From the NCBI RefSeq assembly GCF_024700885.2, contig NZ_CP117014.1: a stretch of 64,000 nucleotides of DNA. The stretch is one strand, 5' to 3'. Every line of letters begins with the position of its first letter. Position 1 is the first letter of the stretch. Source of the DNA: Escherichia coli (GTDB lineage: Bacteria; Pseudomonadota; Gammaproteobacteria; Enterobacterales; Enterobacteriaceae). The position numbers and the translations under genes are program-made. Shown in pieces: positions 47,241-57,133 of the stretch. The notes under the pieces were generated by a model, which was not told the origin of the DNA, did no database searches, and was given only the letters and a program-made list of their open reading frames with translations.

Positions 47241-47609
47241 TTACCCTGCATAACCGTTGGCTTTCACCCAGCTTATGGTCTGCTCTTTTGCCTGTTCCAA
47301 CGTAAGGAACTCGCCAACATAGTTTGAGATCCCACGCAGCGCATCAATAAATTCCATTTGTGTGGACTTTGTGAACACACCGCCCAGGAAGTCAGTCACT
47401 ATCTTAGGAACTTCATCTACAACAGGATCAGTCTGTTGTTGCGGTTCCGCTGCCGGTTGCGCGGCAGTCCCCAAGCCCAATTTCAGCATCACATCAACAA
47501 TCTGCTTACCAATGGTGACGCGTTGCAATACTGGCGCCGTTTTCTGCGCCTGCATTAGATCTGATAGCTCTTTACCTAATTTCAGGCGGTCTAAAACAGA
47601 GATGGTCAT
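47241..47609 (-). CDS. Small protein (DdrA-like position)
   Basis: 122 aa; located between DarA-like and DdrB-like genes. Confidence 0.35.
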   Translation of the reverse strand: MTISVLDRLKLGKELSDLMQAQKTAPVLQRVTIGKQIVDVMLKLGLGTAAQPAAEPQQQTDPVVDEVPKIVTDFLGGVFTKSTQMEFIDALRGISNYVGEFLTLEQAKEQTISWVKANGYAG

Positions 47610-49534
47610 TAAGCACCTCCCTGCTGAATTTCAGCCAGAATGTTGATCAGGTAGTCAACTGCTGCACCAACAGTGGCTTCGTTCTCGTCGTATCGACCTG
47701 CGCTGATTAGAGCGTTTGCTGCTTCCTGCACATGATCAAGTTCAGCACTGATGACCGTCAGATCGCGGGATGTAAACTGCTCCGGCACGGATTTCAGGTA
47801 CTCCAGTGCTTTATCTGCCTCCTGATCAGCTTCACTTGCTGATTCACCAGCTTCTTCTGGCTCCGGCTCCTGTTCTGGTGCTGGTTGTGGTTGTGATTCC
47901 GGCTCAACCACATGCTCTGCTTTTACTTCGCTTGAATGATTTTGAAGGGCGTTATACACGTCCATAATGAAAAGGTTCTCCCCATCACCAAGTGGATACG
48001 CCACGTTTGGAAACGCTTTGCGGAAAAGAATTTTCACTTGCGCCTTGAATGTTTTCAGGTCACTGCCAAACAGGTCTACATAGCCATCAATATGTTTCGA
48101 CATGCTGGACACAACCAATTGGCCTGCAAAATCTTTCAGCTCATCTTCATCAGGAAGATAGAGCAACTCGTACTGGCTGACTTCTTCATCTGTCAGTTTA
48201 CGGTCATACGTAATGATACCGTGACGAGCATATTCGTAATACTGATCAGCCTGGTCAGGACGATCAAGCACGGCTTTATTTCCATCCGGCACAGCACCAA
48301 CACCAGCCGGGCGAGATTGAAGTGCATAGTGGTATTTACCTACATCCTGGCTCTCTGGTTGTGATACTGGGTTCGTCTCGGGGTCTGTCTGTGGTGGTTC
48401 GGGGTCTTCCTGCTGGCCTGGTAACACATCAACTTTATATTTATCTGCGTTATGCTCTCGGTAGGCTTTAAGTAATTTGGTTGCAGCATCTGCCAAACTG
48501 CCTCCTTTGACAGCACTGGCATCAATACTGAATTTACCTTCAGGTGCTACTATCGTAACGAAATTGTCACTGCCGGACGTGATATAATTAACTTCAGCGC
48601 CATTATCCAGCACTGTTTTTCCGTCAATGGCAAGATTATGTTTTACATGTCGCAGCTGGTCACTAAACGCTCGTTCCTTCGTTTTTTCACCTTTAGCAGA
48701 CAACAATTTATCGCGTTTTTCTTGTAATTCCTCGTTGATGGCTTTCTGGGCATCAAGTTTTTTTTGCATCTCCGTAAGAGCAGCACGCTTTTCAGTCAGC
48801 CCACGTTGCGCAACGTCCACCTGATCAATCATTATTGACCGTTCTTCTGCCAGTTTATCTGCTTCATTGAGATAACTCTCAATATCTGCCTTCATTTTGT
48901 CCTGGCGCTCTTTTGCTTTCTTAAATTTTTCGCTGTTACGCTCAATCAAATTAGATAGCGCCTGGCATACCTGGCTTAAAGAAACATCTCTCCCACCAAT
49001 CGGGGCGACAACGTGAGTTACGTTACGCTTATTAAGTAAAAACTGAAATGCAACAAGCTCGTCGTTACTCTTTATTTTTGCCCCGTCAGCTGTTGGAGAG
49101 TGGAAAATTATGCTTGTACTCTGCCCGTCAGTAAGTGGTATCTGCGCGGTCAAAACAGGGATATTAGCTACCCGACGTACACGACCGATAATCGCACCAC
49201 CAATACAATTACGTCCATTTTCATCGGTCCCGGCTTCATCAGTCCCTGCCATAATATTCGTACCATTCAGGCCACGATTCAGCGCACGGACGAAAGCTCG
49301 CATTGTTTGGGCTAACCGAATTCTGGTTGTAGTTATGGACTCAAACATAGCTTCGTCAGACACAACCAGAATTTCATTGCCCATATAGGCAAGCTCAATA
49401 TCTTCTAAGGTCGCCGCCTCAAAAATCAGGTCATCTTCGCTTAATTCTTCTGAAGACCAGCGACTTGGCACATAGCCGGGGATCGTATCAGCAAAAGTAG
49501 ACTGAATATTAATTCGTAAAGGATTGTTAATCAT
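47609..49534 (-). CDS. DarA-like internal head/anti-restriction protein
   Basis: About 641 aa from ATG 49534 (GGAGG RBS); P1 DarA about 639 aa as recalled; coiled-coil centre, acidic Pro/Glu-rich linker. Confidence 0.45.
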   Translation of the reverse strand: MINNPLRINIQSTFADTIPGYVPSRWSSEELSEDDLIFEAATLEDIELAYMGNEILVVSDEAMFESITTTRIRLAQTMRAFVRALNRGLNGTNIMAGTDEAGTDENGRNCIGGAIIGRVRRVANIPVLTAQIPLTDGQSTSIIFHSPTADGAKIKSNDELVAFQFLLNKRNVTHVVAPIGGRDVSLSQVCQALSNLIERNSEKFKKAKERQDKMKADIESYLNEADKLAEERSIMIDQVDVAQRGLTEKRAALTEMQKKLDAQKAINEELQEKRDKLLSAKGEKTKERAFSDQLRHVKHNLAIDGKTVLDNGAEVNYITSGSDNFVTIVAPEGKFSIDASAVKGGSLADAATKLLKAYREHNADKYKVDVLPGQQEDPEPPQTDPETNPVSQPESQDVGKYHYALQSRPAGVGAVPDGNKAVLDRPDQADQYYEYARHGIITYDRKLTDEEVSQYELLYLPDEDELKDFAGQLVVSSMSKHIDGYVDLFGSDLKTFKAQVKILFRKAFPNVAYPLGDGENLFIMDVYNALQNHSSEVKAEHVVEPESQPQPAPEQEPEPEEAGESASEADQEADKALEYLKSVPEQFTSRDLTVISAELDHVQEAANALISAGRYDENEATVGAAVDYLINILAEIQQGGA

Positions 49535-50147
49535 GCTCATCCTCCAGGCGCGCGATTTCTTCTTTAAGAGCACGTGTCTTAGCTACTTCCTGAGACAAGG
49601 CAGCTTTAACGTTACCCGTATCTTGCATTACTTTGTCTGACTTGCTCTGGAGTTTAGACAGTTTGTCGTTAGCATTAGCGATATCTTCACGGAGTGCATC
49701 ACGTGATTCTTTCGCTTCAGCTAATTTCTGAGCGTTAGATTTAACTCCCTGCCGCTTCTTATTTCCGTCATCAATATTTTTTGCTGCACGAGCAAGTTTT
49801 CGAGCTAATGACTTCTGGAAAGAAGTTGCTCCGCGATTAAATAAAGCCGCAAGAGATTGCCCCAAAGCCGACATTGTTTTTACTGGCTTGAACGGTACTG
49901 TTTTACCATTCAGTTTGATCCCAGATATATCACCGGTATCGTTAACCTGAACTTCCATTGTCTGTTCATCAATACCAATAAGGGTAAATGTGCGCGTCAT
50001 GATCCCATCTTTCTTCCTGCCATTACTTGCAGGGATCACCCTCGCTATCTTGTAACCACCTTTGCTGATTTCTTTGACGAGTTTTGCCAGCCCCTTTTCG
50101 TTTAACTCATCATAATTAAGAAGAACATAATTATTCTTATTTGACAT
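49527..50147 (-). CDS. Hdf-like protein
   Basis: 206 aa from ATG 50147 (AAGGAG RBS); coiled-coil; position between lydB-like and darA-like. Confidence 0.35.
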   Translation of the reverse strand: MSNKNNYVLLNYDELNEKGLAKLVKEISKGGYKIARVIPASNGRKKDGIMTRTFTLIGIDEQTMEVQVNDTGDISGIKLNGKTVPFKPVKTMSALGQSLAALFNRGATSFQKSLARKLARAAKNIDDGNKKRQGVKSNAQKLAEAKESRDALREDIANANDKLSKLQSKSDKVMQDTGNVKAALSQEVAKTRALKEEIARLEDEHD

Positions 50148-50583
50148 CCCAGTCTCCTTCACGCTTTTCGATCGTAAACTGGCGCTCTATGCAGTCATTG
50201 ATAGGGAAAATGCGATAAAGCGGATTCAGTCGGCAGTTACCGTTAGTCAATGTGACTTTCAGATCCCACTTCGTTGGCTCAAGATATTTCGTATCGATGA
50301 GCAAATACTCTTCTCTCTCACCGCGTTTTGAGGCGTCAACTGGTCGCGTTTTCCCTGAAATAACCACAGATGGATTTTTCAGGTCTTGCAACCAATATTC
50401 GATTTGAGCATTGCTGACCCAGCTTCGCTTAACACGTAGCGAAACAGGAAATGCTATAGCGGATTCTTTCACTACAGCGTCACCAATACTCAAAATCTCA
50501 ACACTCTTGCGACGAAAAATGAAACGGTCAATGATGGCAACAAATGCCATGATAAAAATGAAATAATTTCCAAAGTTACCCAT
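50137..50583 (-). CDS. LydB-like (antiholin position)
   Basis: 148 aa with N-terminal hydrophobic segment; directly after the holin candidate. Confidence 0.35.
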   Translation of the reverse strand: MGNFGNYFIFIMAFVAIIDRFIFRRKSVEILSIGDAVVKESAIAFPVSLRVKRSWVSNAQIEYWLQDLKNPSVVISGKTRPVDASKRGEREEYLLIDTKYLEPTKWDLKVTLTNGNCRLNPLYRIFPINDCIERQFTIEKREGDWDVK

Positions 50584-50909
50584 TATTTCTCTCCACCTTT
50601 TCCCCCATTCGCTATTACGCTTAAGAGATTCAAGACGTAACTAGCTCTGGACTTCAAGCCCTGTAAAATTTCACTACCGTTGTTACTGGCAATCAGAACA
50701 ACGCAGAAAATGATACCTTCAGGCCATTCTTGGCTAACCGCCACCCCATACCCCGCAAGCCCGGCTGTTACCGCAGTAAACAATTCACTCGCAAGATTGA
50801 GCAGGGACGCAGAAATGCGCCCGTCTCTAACTCCGAGAAGGAATACGCCGGTTCCACTTAGTAGGGATGTTATGACTACTACAGCCAGATTTTCATAATC
50901 TGCAAACAT
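50583..50909 (-). CDS. Holin candidate (LydA-like)
   Basis: 108 aa with multiple hydrophobic helices; first gene of the operon next to the invertase. Confidence 0.45.
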   Translation of the reverse strand: MFADYENLAVVVITSLLSGTGVFLLGVRDGRISASLLNLASELFTAVTAGLAGYGVAVSQEWPEGIIFCVVLIASNNGSEILQGLKSRASYVLNLLSVIANGGKGGEK

Positions 50910-51012
50910 ACCCCTCCAGAAATAACATCTAATGCGCCACTAACTTAGTCAGTTTGTTATTTCCTTACAGGACATCTTCTAGGATCGTATCCTTAGCATA
51001 CAAGGGAGACAT

Positions 51013-51048
51013 ATGCTTATTGGATACATTCGCATATCAACAAATGAT
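51013..51048 (+). pseudogene. Relic of a second invertase 5-prime end (MLIGYIRISTND...) in inverted orientation
   Basis: About 80% identical to the first 36 bp of the intact invertase gene (51698-51663) but frame diverges immediately. Confidence 0.5.
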
Positions 51049-51125
51049 GATGCGCCGCGCGATAAATGCACTCTATCTTGTGCGATAAATGGCATCCACG
51101 CGGCGTTTCATTATTTGAAAAAGAA

Positions 51126-51698
51126 TTACATTTCAGGTTGCGTTATGACAGTCCCAACAGGGTGATAGCGGTAGATCGTTGACAGTCCAATATCATAGAT
51201 AATTGCCAGCCGCTTTCTGTCATACCCTTTCTGGAGCAATCTTGCGATCTGCTCATGCTGCTCCTTCGTCAGTTTCGGGCGACGTCCTCCAACTCTTCCT
51301 TGTGCTCGCGCAGCAGCCAGTCCTGCCAGCGTGCGCTCAACTATCAGTTCACGCTCCATTTCTGCCAGTGCACCCATCATATGAAAAAAGAACCTTCCCA
51401 TCGGAGTGCTGGTATCGATTGAATCCGTCAGACTGCGAAAATTGACACCTTTTGCGCGTAACTCTTCTGTGAGAGCAATGAGGTGTTTCATTCTTCTACC
51501 CAACCGATCCAGCTTCCAGACCACCAATGTATCCCCTCTTTTAAGGCACTTTAAAGCGCGTTTCAGGCCTGGTCGTTCCGACTTGGTTCCGCTCATTTTG
51601 TCCTCAAAAATCTGTTCACATCCTGCGCACATTAATGCATTGCGTTGCAAATCTGTGTTTTGGTCATTTGTTGACACACGTATGTAGCCAATCAGCAT
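51126..51698 (-). CDS. cin: Serine DNA invertase (Cin/Gin/Hin family)
   Basis: MLIGYIRVSTNDQNTDLQ...LVVWKLDRLGR...C-terminal HTH (GLSTIYRY); about 190 aa from ATG at 51698; adjacent invertible segment. Confidence 0.85.
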   Translation of the reverse strand: MLIGYIRVSTNDQNTDLQRNALMCAGCEQIFEDKMSGTKSERPGLKRALKCLKRGDTLVVWKLDRLGRRMKHLIALTEELRAKGVNFRSLTDSIDTSTPMGRFFFHMMGALAEMERELIVERTLAGLAAARAQGRVGGRRPKLTKEQHEQIARLLQKGYDRKRLAIIYDIGLSTIYRYHPVGTVITQPEM

Positions 51699-51742
51699 TA
51701 AAAATACTCCCTTTTGAGTGGTTAAAGTACTGAGATAATGTG

Positions 51743-51768
51743 GGGAGGATTTGAGAGATAAACGTTGG
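51743..51768. repeat. Left crossover site (cix/gix-like) of the invertible segment
   Basis: Reverse complement TTCTCCCAAACC-AA-CGTTTATCTCTC; inner half-site identical to the right site. Confidence 0.65.
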
Positions 51769-51769
51769 T

Positions 51770-52123
51770 TTGGGAGAAGCGGCAAAACGGAATGTGGGCA
51801 CAGGAGATAATCAGATACCGGATATGGGAGCATTCGCTTCTGGTTCGGGATGGTTCAGGCTACCAGGTGGATATATTGTTCAGTTTGGCACTTTTTCAGG
51901 AAACACGACCCGCTTTATCAGTGGACACTTCCCTATACCATTCCCTAATCGGCCGATGGTTTCAGTCAGTGTTATGTCTGATGCCGTTCAGTCAGACCCG
52001 TCGAATCCTGCCCCGCATGTTTTGTCTGTAAATTTTGAACATATCAGTAATTCAGCGTGGCGTGTGGCAACCAGTGATATCTCACAGCAATACAGATTCA
52101 GTTATATTTCGATAGGATGGTAG
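51770..52123 (+). CDS. Alternative tail-fibre C-terminal exon (Sv-prime), currently silent
   Basis: Starts directly at the left crossover site; no own ATG; would fuse in frame to ...YLGLGE of the fibre after inversion. Confidence 0.6.
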   Translation: MGEAAKRNVGTGDNQIPDMGAFASGSGWFRLPGGYIVQFGTFSGNTTRFISGHFPIPFPNRPMVSVSVMSDAVQSDPSNPAPHVLSVNFEHISNSAWRVATSDISQQYRFSYISIGW

Positions 52124-52566
52124 AAATGCAGAAATATATTTTCAGTGCCGATAAAAATGCGTTTTTCCCTGTGGAGCTTAAAATCGCTTATCAGGAATCC
52201 GGCGAATGGCCCGATGATGGAATCGAAATTGACGACACTGTTGCTGCCGAATTTATGAAGGAAGCACCAGAAGGAAAATACAGAGGTGTCATCGACGGAA
52301 TGCCTGCATGGATTGATATTCCACCGCCAACTCATGAGGAACAAATTGCCGCAGCCGAACTGAAAAAGCAGCAATTGATTAATCAGGTCAACGAATACAT
52401 AAACAGTAAGCAATGGCCTGGTAAAGCGGCGATTGGTCGCCTGAAAGGTGAGGAACTGGTGCAATATAATTTGTGGCTGGATTATCTGGACGCACTGGAA
52501 CTGGTCGATACTTCCAGTGCGCCAGATATTGAATGGCCTACGCCTCCGGCAGTTCAGGCCAGATGA
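52117..52566 (+). CDS. Alternative tail-fibre assembly chaperone (U-prime)
   Basis: 149 aa; C-terminal [23 protein letters not shown] parallels the other Tfa ([25 protein letters not shown]). Confidence 0.65.
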   Translation: MVEMQKYIFSADKNAFFPVELKIAYQESGEWPDDGIEIDDTVAAEFMKEAPEGKYRGVIDGMPAWIDIPPPTHEEQIAAAELKKQQLINQVNEYINSKQWPGKAAIGRLKGEELVQYNLWLDYLDALELVDTSSAPDIEWPTPPAVQAR

Positions 52567-53131
52567 CATCAGGCGCGGTGCTGGTATCTGTTGCCTCCAC
52601 CGCGTCAATGTAATCCAGCACAGCGTTAAGTCGGGTGGTTTCTGCCTGCGTCAGCTTCCGCCCGGCCCGTAATTTCAGCTGAATCAGACTGATGGAAGCC
52701 ATTGCAGCATCAATCAGCGACTGGCGCTTTACTTCTGCCGCGTCTAGTGCGGCGCTATGCTGTGCCTCGGTATCCGTCACCCATTTCTCACCATCCCATT
52801 TATCGTATGGCGTTAACGGTGAAAGCGTGACATAACCGTCTTTGATGGCACCGATATAATCCACTGTAACAGCTGCGCCATTTTCTGTTGAGTAAACAGT
52901 CTCATTGCGATGGTCTTCTTCATGGCTCCATCCCTTACCCGTAAATACTGCCACTCTTCCCGGAATGTATTCGCCCGGGTCAATACCAGTGGAACAGGCG
53001 GGCATACTTACGCCAGTATTAATATATTCATCAGACCAGCCAGTATATTCATACGTAACTGCCTCATAATAAAAACAACGCATATTACCCGGTACTGTAG
53101 CCAGCCCATTTTCATCAAAAACAGGTTTCAT
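52538..53131 (-). CDS. Tail-fibre assembly chaperone (U), expressed orientation
   Basis: 197 aa; MKPVFDENG...Tfa-type sequence; directly downstream of the fibre gene. Confidence 0.7.
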   Translation of the reverse strand: MKPVFDENGLATVPGNMRCFYYEAVTYEYTGWSDEYINTGVSMPACSTGIDPGEYIPGRVAVFTGKGWSHEEDHRNETVYSTENGAAVTVDYIGAIKDGYVTLSPLTPYDKWDGEKWVTDTEAQHSAALDAAEVKRQSLIDAAMASISLIQLKLRAGRKLTQAETTRLNAVLDYIDAVEATDTSTAPDVIWPELPEA

Positions 53132-55740
53132 TATGCAGCCCTCACAATATAATTAAAGGCGATGTTACGTGGACGGTTTTCATTAGCTGTTGGCACGACA
53201 CGAGAGGCGTCGAATCCAAGGTCATCGGTTTTGCCTATATCAGTTGTGTTATTCGGCATTCTCGCTGATCGTGTTCCTGCATCGTAAAAAGCCCCTCTGA
53301 TTGCATCAAAAGACATACCGATCCCGCCATCTGCGAATCCCTCAATATTTCTTATTGCATCCCCCTGTGAAGATAATAATTGTCGCCCGGCATCCACTCC
53401 ACGTCCGTCATCCCAGCCACGAATAAATTCACCGCGTAAATCAGGCAATTTATTTGTCGGATAAACCTTTGCCAGTTCCGGGTATTCTTCAGCAGAAAAA
53501 GCCGCACCGTTGCATTTCAGCCAGCCTGTTGGCGGAGTGGCGGAAGGCCACGGAACAGGCACACCAACGGGTAATGCCGAACCTTCTCCCAAACCAAGGT
53601 AATTGAGGACATCTTTTATACTGCCCTTAGCGATAATAGCGCGACCAATAGCTGTAAGGGTTGTCAGCGCTGCGCGGTCTGCTCCGGTAAAATAAGGCAA
53701 CCGATCTGCTGCAGTGGCAAGTCCTGCCAGAGCAGTGAGCGTGGCATCTGCCGGTTGTTTTCCGTTTGCCAGATCGTATGCAGCCTTGACAGCTTTCGGT
53801 GTAGCGGCCAGCACTTCAGACGTGCTGTTAGTGGCACTACTGAGCTGAGTGATGCCTTTCGCTGTCAATGAAGCTGTTGGCACACCAGTGATCTGATTCC
53901 AGGGATGTATATGATTGGATGGTGCCTTTCCGGCTGCTAGATCGTATGCAGCTTTAACCGCTTTTGGAGTTGCAGCTAATGTTTCAGAAGTGCTGTTGGT
54001 GTCGCTACTGAGCTGAACTATCCCTTTTTGTGTCGTGGTTGCATCCTGGGCTGTGTACTTCCCGTTAGCCAGGTCATATGCAGCCTTGACAGCTTTCGGT
54101 GTAGCGGCCAGCACTTCAGACGTGCTGTTAGTGGCACTACTGAGCTGAGTGATGCCTTTCGCTGTCAATGAAGCTGTTGGCACACCAGTGATCTGATTCC
54201 AGGGATGTATATGATTGGATGGTGCCTTTCCGGCTGCTAGATCGTATGCAGCTTTAACCGCTTTTGGAGTTGCAGCTAATGTTTCAGAAGTGCTGTTGGT
54301 GTCGCTACTGAGCTGAACTATCCCTTTTTGTGTCGTGGTTGCATCCTGGGCTGTGTACTTCCCGTTAGCCAGGTCATATGCAGCCTTGACAGCTTTCGGT
54401 GTAGCGGCCAGCACTTCAGACGTGCTGTTAGTGGCACTACTGAGCTGAGTGATGCCTTTCGCTGTCAATGAAGCTGTTGGCACACCAGTGATCTGATTCC
54501 AGGGATGTATATGATTGGATGGTGCCTTTCCGGCTGCTAGATCGTATGCAGCTTTAACCGCTTTTGGAGTTGCAGCTAATGTTTCAGAAGTGCTGTTGGT
54601 GTCGCTACTGAGCTGAACTATCCCTTTTTGTGTCGTGGTTGCATCCTGGGCTGTGTACTTCCCGTTAGCCAGGTCATATGCAGCCTTGACAGCTTTCGGT
54701 GTAGCGGCCAGCACTTCAGACGTGCTGTTAGTGGCACTACTGAGCTGAGTGATGCCTTTCGCTGTCAATGAAGCTGTTGGCACACCAGTGATCTGATTCC
54801 AGGGATGTATATGATTGGATGGTGCCTTTCCGGCTGCTAGATCGTATGCAGCTTTAACCGCTTTTGGAGTTGCAGCTAATGTTTCAGAAGTGCTGTTGGT
54901 GTCGCTACTGAGCTGAACTATCCCTTTTTGTGTCGTGGTTGCATCCTGGGCTGTGTACTTCCCGTTAGCCAGGTCATATGCAGCCTTGACAGCTTTCGGT
55001 GTAGCGGCCAGCACTTCAGACGTGCTGTTAGTGGCACTACTGAGCTGAGTGATGCCTTTCGCTGTCAATGAAGCTGTTGGCACACCAGTGATCTGATTCC
55101 AGGGATGTATATGATTGGATGGTGCCTTTCCGGCTGCTAGATCGTATGCAGCCTTGACAGCTTTCGGTGTAGCCGCTTTTCTTTCTTCTGTACTGCTTAT
55201 TTCATTAGAGAATTCGACACCAACAGCCCGGTTAACCCGGTATTTAAGCACAATCATTTCTTTAGTCACAGCCGTTGCGCCGCTAGGCACGATAACTCGA
55301 CATAATTCAATTTGATTCTGCCCAATAGTATTGTCCGTACGCGCGTAAATTCTTGCAGCACTGACAGAAGATGCGCTATCTACCTGTGTCGTTTTTACAC
55401 CATGTTCAAAATTGGCTTCCAGCACAATAATGTTGGTAGCCCCTGCCTTTACCGAGACAGTCACATCTTCTATTTGCTGAACGGATATCTGAACATTATT
55501 TACATCTACTGAAGCAGCCCCTTTACCTTCGGAGTTTTCAGAAGTTATGCGGACACTCAACCCTGTGCCGGGAACCGGTTCAAATCCACAGTAAAAGCCA
55601 GGCAAAACAATATTTTTTAGTTTTCTGTTAAGAGCCAGACTACTATAGAGTTCGAAATATTGAACATCAGCAAGCAACGACTGTGAGACACCAGAGGATA
55701 GTGTCATTATGTTGTTCGTTTTATCAGCCCCCATAATCAA
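53131..55740 (-). CDS. Tail fibre protein S with tandem-repeat shaft and invertible C-terminus
   Basis: 869 aa; repeated ATPKAVKAAYDLA units; C-terminal GEFIRGWDDGRGVD...NIAFNYIVRAA; right crossover site inside the gene. Confidence 0.8.
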   Translation of the reverse strand: MIMGADKTNNIMTLSSGVSQSLLADVQYFELYSSLALNRKLKNIVLPGFYCGFEPVPGTGLSVRITSENSEGKGAASVDVNNVQISVQQIEDVTVSVKAGATNIIVLEANFEHGVKTTQVDSASSVSAARIYARTDNTIGQNQIELCRVIVPSGATAVTKEMIVLKYRVNRAVGVEFSNEISSTEERKAATPKAVKAAYDLAAGKAPSNHIHPWNQITGVPTASLTAKGITQLSSATNSTSEVLAATPKAVKAAYDLANGKYTAQDATTTQKGIVQLSSDTNSTSETLAATPKAVKAAYDLAAGKAPSNHIHPWNQITGVPTASLTAKGITQLSSATNSTSEVLAATPKAVKAAYDLANGKYTAQDATTTQKGIVQLSSDTNSTSETLAATPKAVKAAYDLAAGKAPSNHIHPWNQITGVPTASLTAKGITQLSSATNSTSEVLAATPKAVKAAYDLANGKYTAQDATTTQKGIVQLSSDTNSTSETLAATPKAVKAAYDLAAGKAPSNHIHPWNQITGVPTASLTAKGITQLSSATNSTSEVLAATPKAVKAAYDLANGKYTAQDATTTQKGIVQLSSDTNSTSETLAATPKAVKAAYDLAAGKAPSNHIHPWNQITGVPTASLTAKGITQLSSATNSTSEVLAATPKAVKAAYDLANGKQPADATLTALAGLATAADRLPYFTGADRAALTTLTAIGRAIIAKGSIKDVLNYLGLGEGSALPVGVPVPWPSATPPTGWLKCNGAAFSAEEYPELAKVYPTNKLPDLRGEFIRGWDDGRGVDAGRQLLSSQGDAIRNIEGFADGGIGMSFDAIRGAFYDAGTRSARMPNNTTDIGKTDDLGFDASRVVPTANENRPRNIAFNYIVRAA
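53584..53609. repeat. Right crossover site (cix/gix-like) inside the tail-fibre gene
   Basis: TTCTCCCAAACC-AA-GGTAATTGAGGA, inverted relative to the left site; segment between sites about 1.84 kb. Confidence 0.65.
53761..55160. repeat. About 4.6 copies of a 300-bp tandem repeat inside the tail-fibre gene (copies 2-5 perfect)
   Basis: Identical text recurs at 54061, 54361, 54661, 54961; first copy at 53761 slightly divergent; encodes a 100-aa unit. Confidence 0.85.
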
Positions 55741-56183
55741 CCCTCAACTTGCTCGATTGTCATGAGAATACTGTAACGTTTACCTTTATAGAGGGTATCT
55801 TGCTGGGTGCAAAGCACACCAAAAGCCTGTTCCTCAGCATCAACAAGCACAAGCGTGTTAAAGTCGTAAGGCGTGTTATCCGGCATTCTTTCTTGAGGGA
55901 AGGCTGCATTGATCGTGATAATCCCATCCACGCTGGACAATATCAGATCGGACACAGCAAACTGTTGAGCGCCACTCAATTTAAAATCGAGCGGAATGTC
56001 CGCTATATTCCAGCCTCCTGCACCATTAGCAGTTACCAGACTAGATTTGCACCAATACGCCTTAGAGATAACAAAACGCGCACCTTTGCCGATCGCCGAC
56101 TCTGCGCGGCGTGAATAATAGTAGGAAAGTAATTGCGCCTTATACAGGCGGTTACCATCTCTTGCCTTTAAATTTTCAGCCAT
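55737..56183 (-). CDS. Tail-fibre-associated protein (gene R position)
   Basis: 148 aa; 4-bp overlap with the fibre gene start. Confidence 0.4.
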   Translation of the reverse strand: MAENLKARDGNRLYKAQLLSYYYSRRAESAIGKGARFVISKAYWCKSSLVTANGAGGWNIADIPLDFKLSGAQQFAVSDLILSSVDGIITINAAFPQERMPDNTPYDFNTLVLVDAEEQAFGVLCTQQDTLYKGKRYSILMTIEQVEG

Positions 56184-56277
56184 ACGAACATAGCCCCTTC
56201 ATAAGCAATGAACCAAAGGAGAGTATGCTCAGTTTGTGATTTCCGTTGTTCTTCCCCCAAATGCGGGGGAAGAATTA

Positions 56278-57123
56278 TTAAACAGATTGAAGGTGGTAAT
56301 CCAAAGGCCACGCATCGAGTGGGGTTACATCAAGATGTAATTGCTTTTCTGCCGTTCGGTTCGGTATGGCATTAAGAGAAATATTGTCTGCCTGGCAGGA
56401 GGTATCACTACGGGATAGCATATCAGCCATACTCTCAGTAACATAAACACCTTCAATTACCGAAACATCCGTAGACAGGTAATTTAATATTTCTGCCACT
56501 TCAGGGAATACAGCACTAAGCCGAAACGAGACGCCATCAAAAACAATATGCAATGGCAACAAAGGGGCTATTACTGTTTCGAAGTCAGATAACAATTTCT
56601 GCACAGCGGCTTCTTTATCCTGCTCTCCATATGAGCGATATAGCTTGTTCTGATCAACAACGACCAGCCCCCTTGATGTCAGGAAGAGCTCACCGAATTG
56701 AGCCTGTGCCGTAGGTATTTCTATTTCGGTCGCAAAATATGAACCATAGGGGTGTTTTTCTATATTTACAGGTGCATACAGCGGTTCCCAACTAACAGGA
56801 ATACAACCGAATTCACGCCAGAATGTCTGCTCAATAGGCAAGATAGTACCTTTAAAGTGCACTTCATCTAAACGCTGCGCCAGAAGCATTGGCCTACGGG
56901 CATTATCTTTTTCAGTGATAACGAAAAAACGCCCGTATTCAGCAATGCGGGCATCCATATCCTCACTGTCCATAGTGAAGAAGGATTTTCTGTTACTTAT
57001 TCTTGTTAATATTGGTTCTACTGCCTCATTCCAGACATCCTGTAAAGCGTCTATAAATGCACTCCAGAGATGTGAATCCTGTTTTACTTTAGTTAATCGT
57101 TCCTTAAGCCAATTATCTTTCAT
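56278..57123 (-). CDS. Baseplate protein (gene 16 position)
   Basis: 281 aa in the baseplate cluster. Confidence 0.4.
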   Translation of the reverse strand: MKDNWLKERLTKVKQDSHLWSAFIDALQDVWNEAVEPILTRISNRKSFFTMDSEDMDARIAEYGRFFVITEKDNARRPMLLAQRLDEVHFKGTILPIEQTFWREFGCIPVSWEPLYAPVNIEKHPYGSYFATEIEIPTAQAQFGELFLTSRGLVVVDQNKLYRSYGEQDKEAAVQKLLSDFETVIAPLLPLHIVFDGVSFRLSAVFPEVAEILNYLSTDVSVIEGVYVTESMADMLSRSDTSCQADNISLNAIPNRTAEKQLHLDVTPLDAWPLDYHLQSV

Positions 57124-57133
57124 GCTAACCTCA

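Noticed and set aside
47609-49573. Retron, CBASS, type III toxin-antitoxin or reverse-transcriptase signatures anywhere in the window
   Set aside because: No YxDD reverse-transcriptase motif, cyclase, or short tandem RNA repeats were seen; not supported.
53761-55160. Possibility that the regular repeats are a CRISPR array
   Set aside because: Units are 300 bp, perfectly in frame inside a tail-fibre gene, with no short repeat-spacer alternation.
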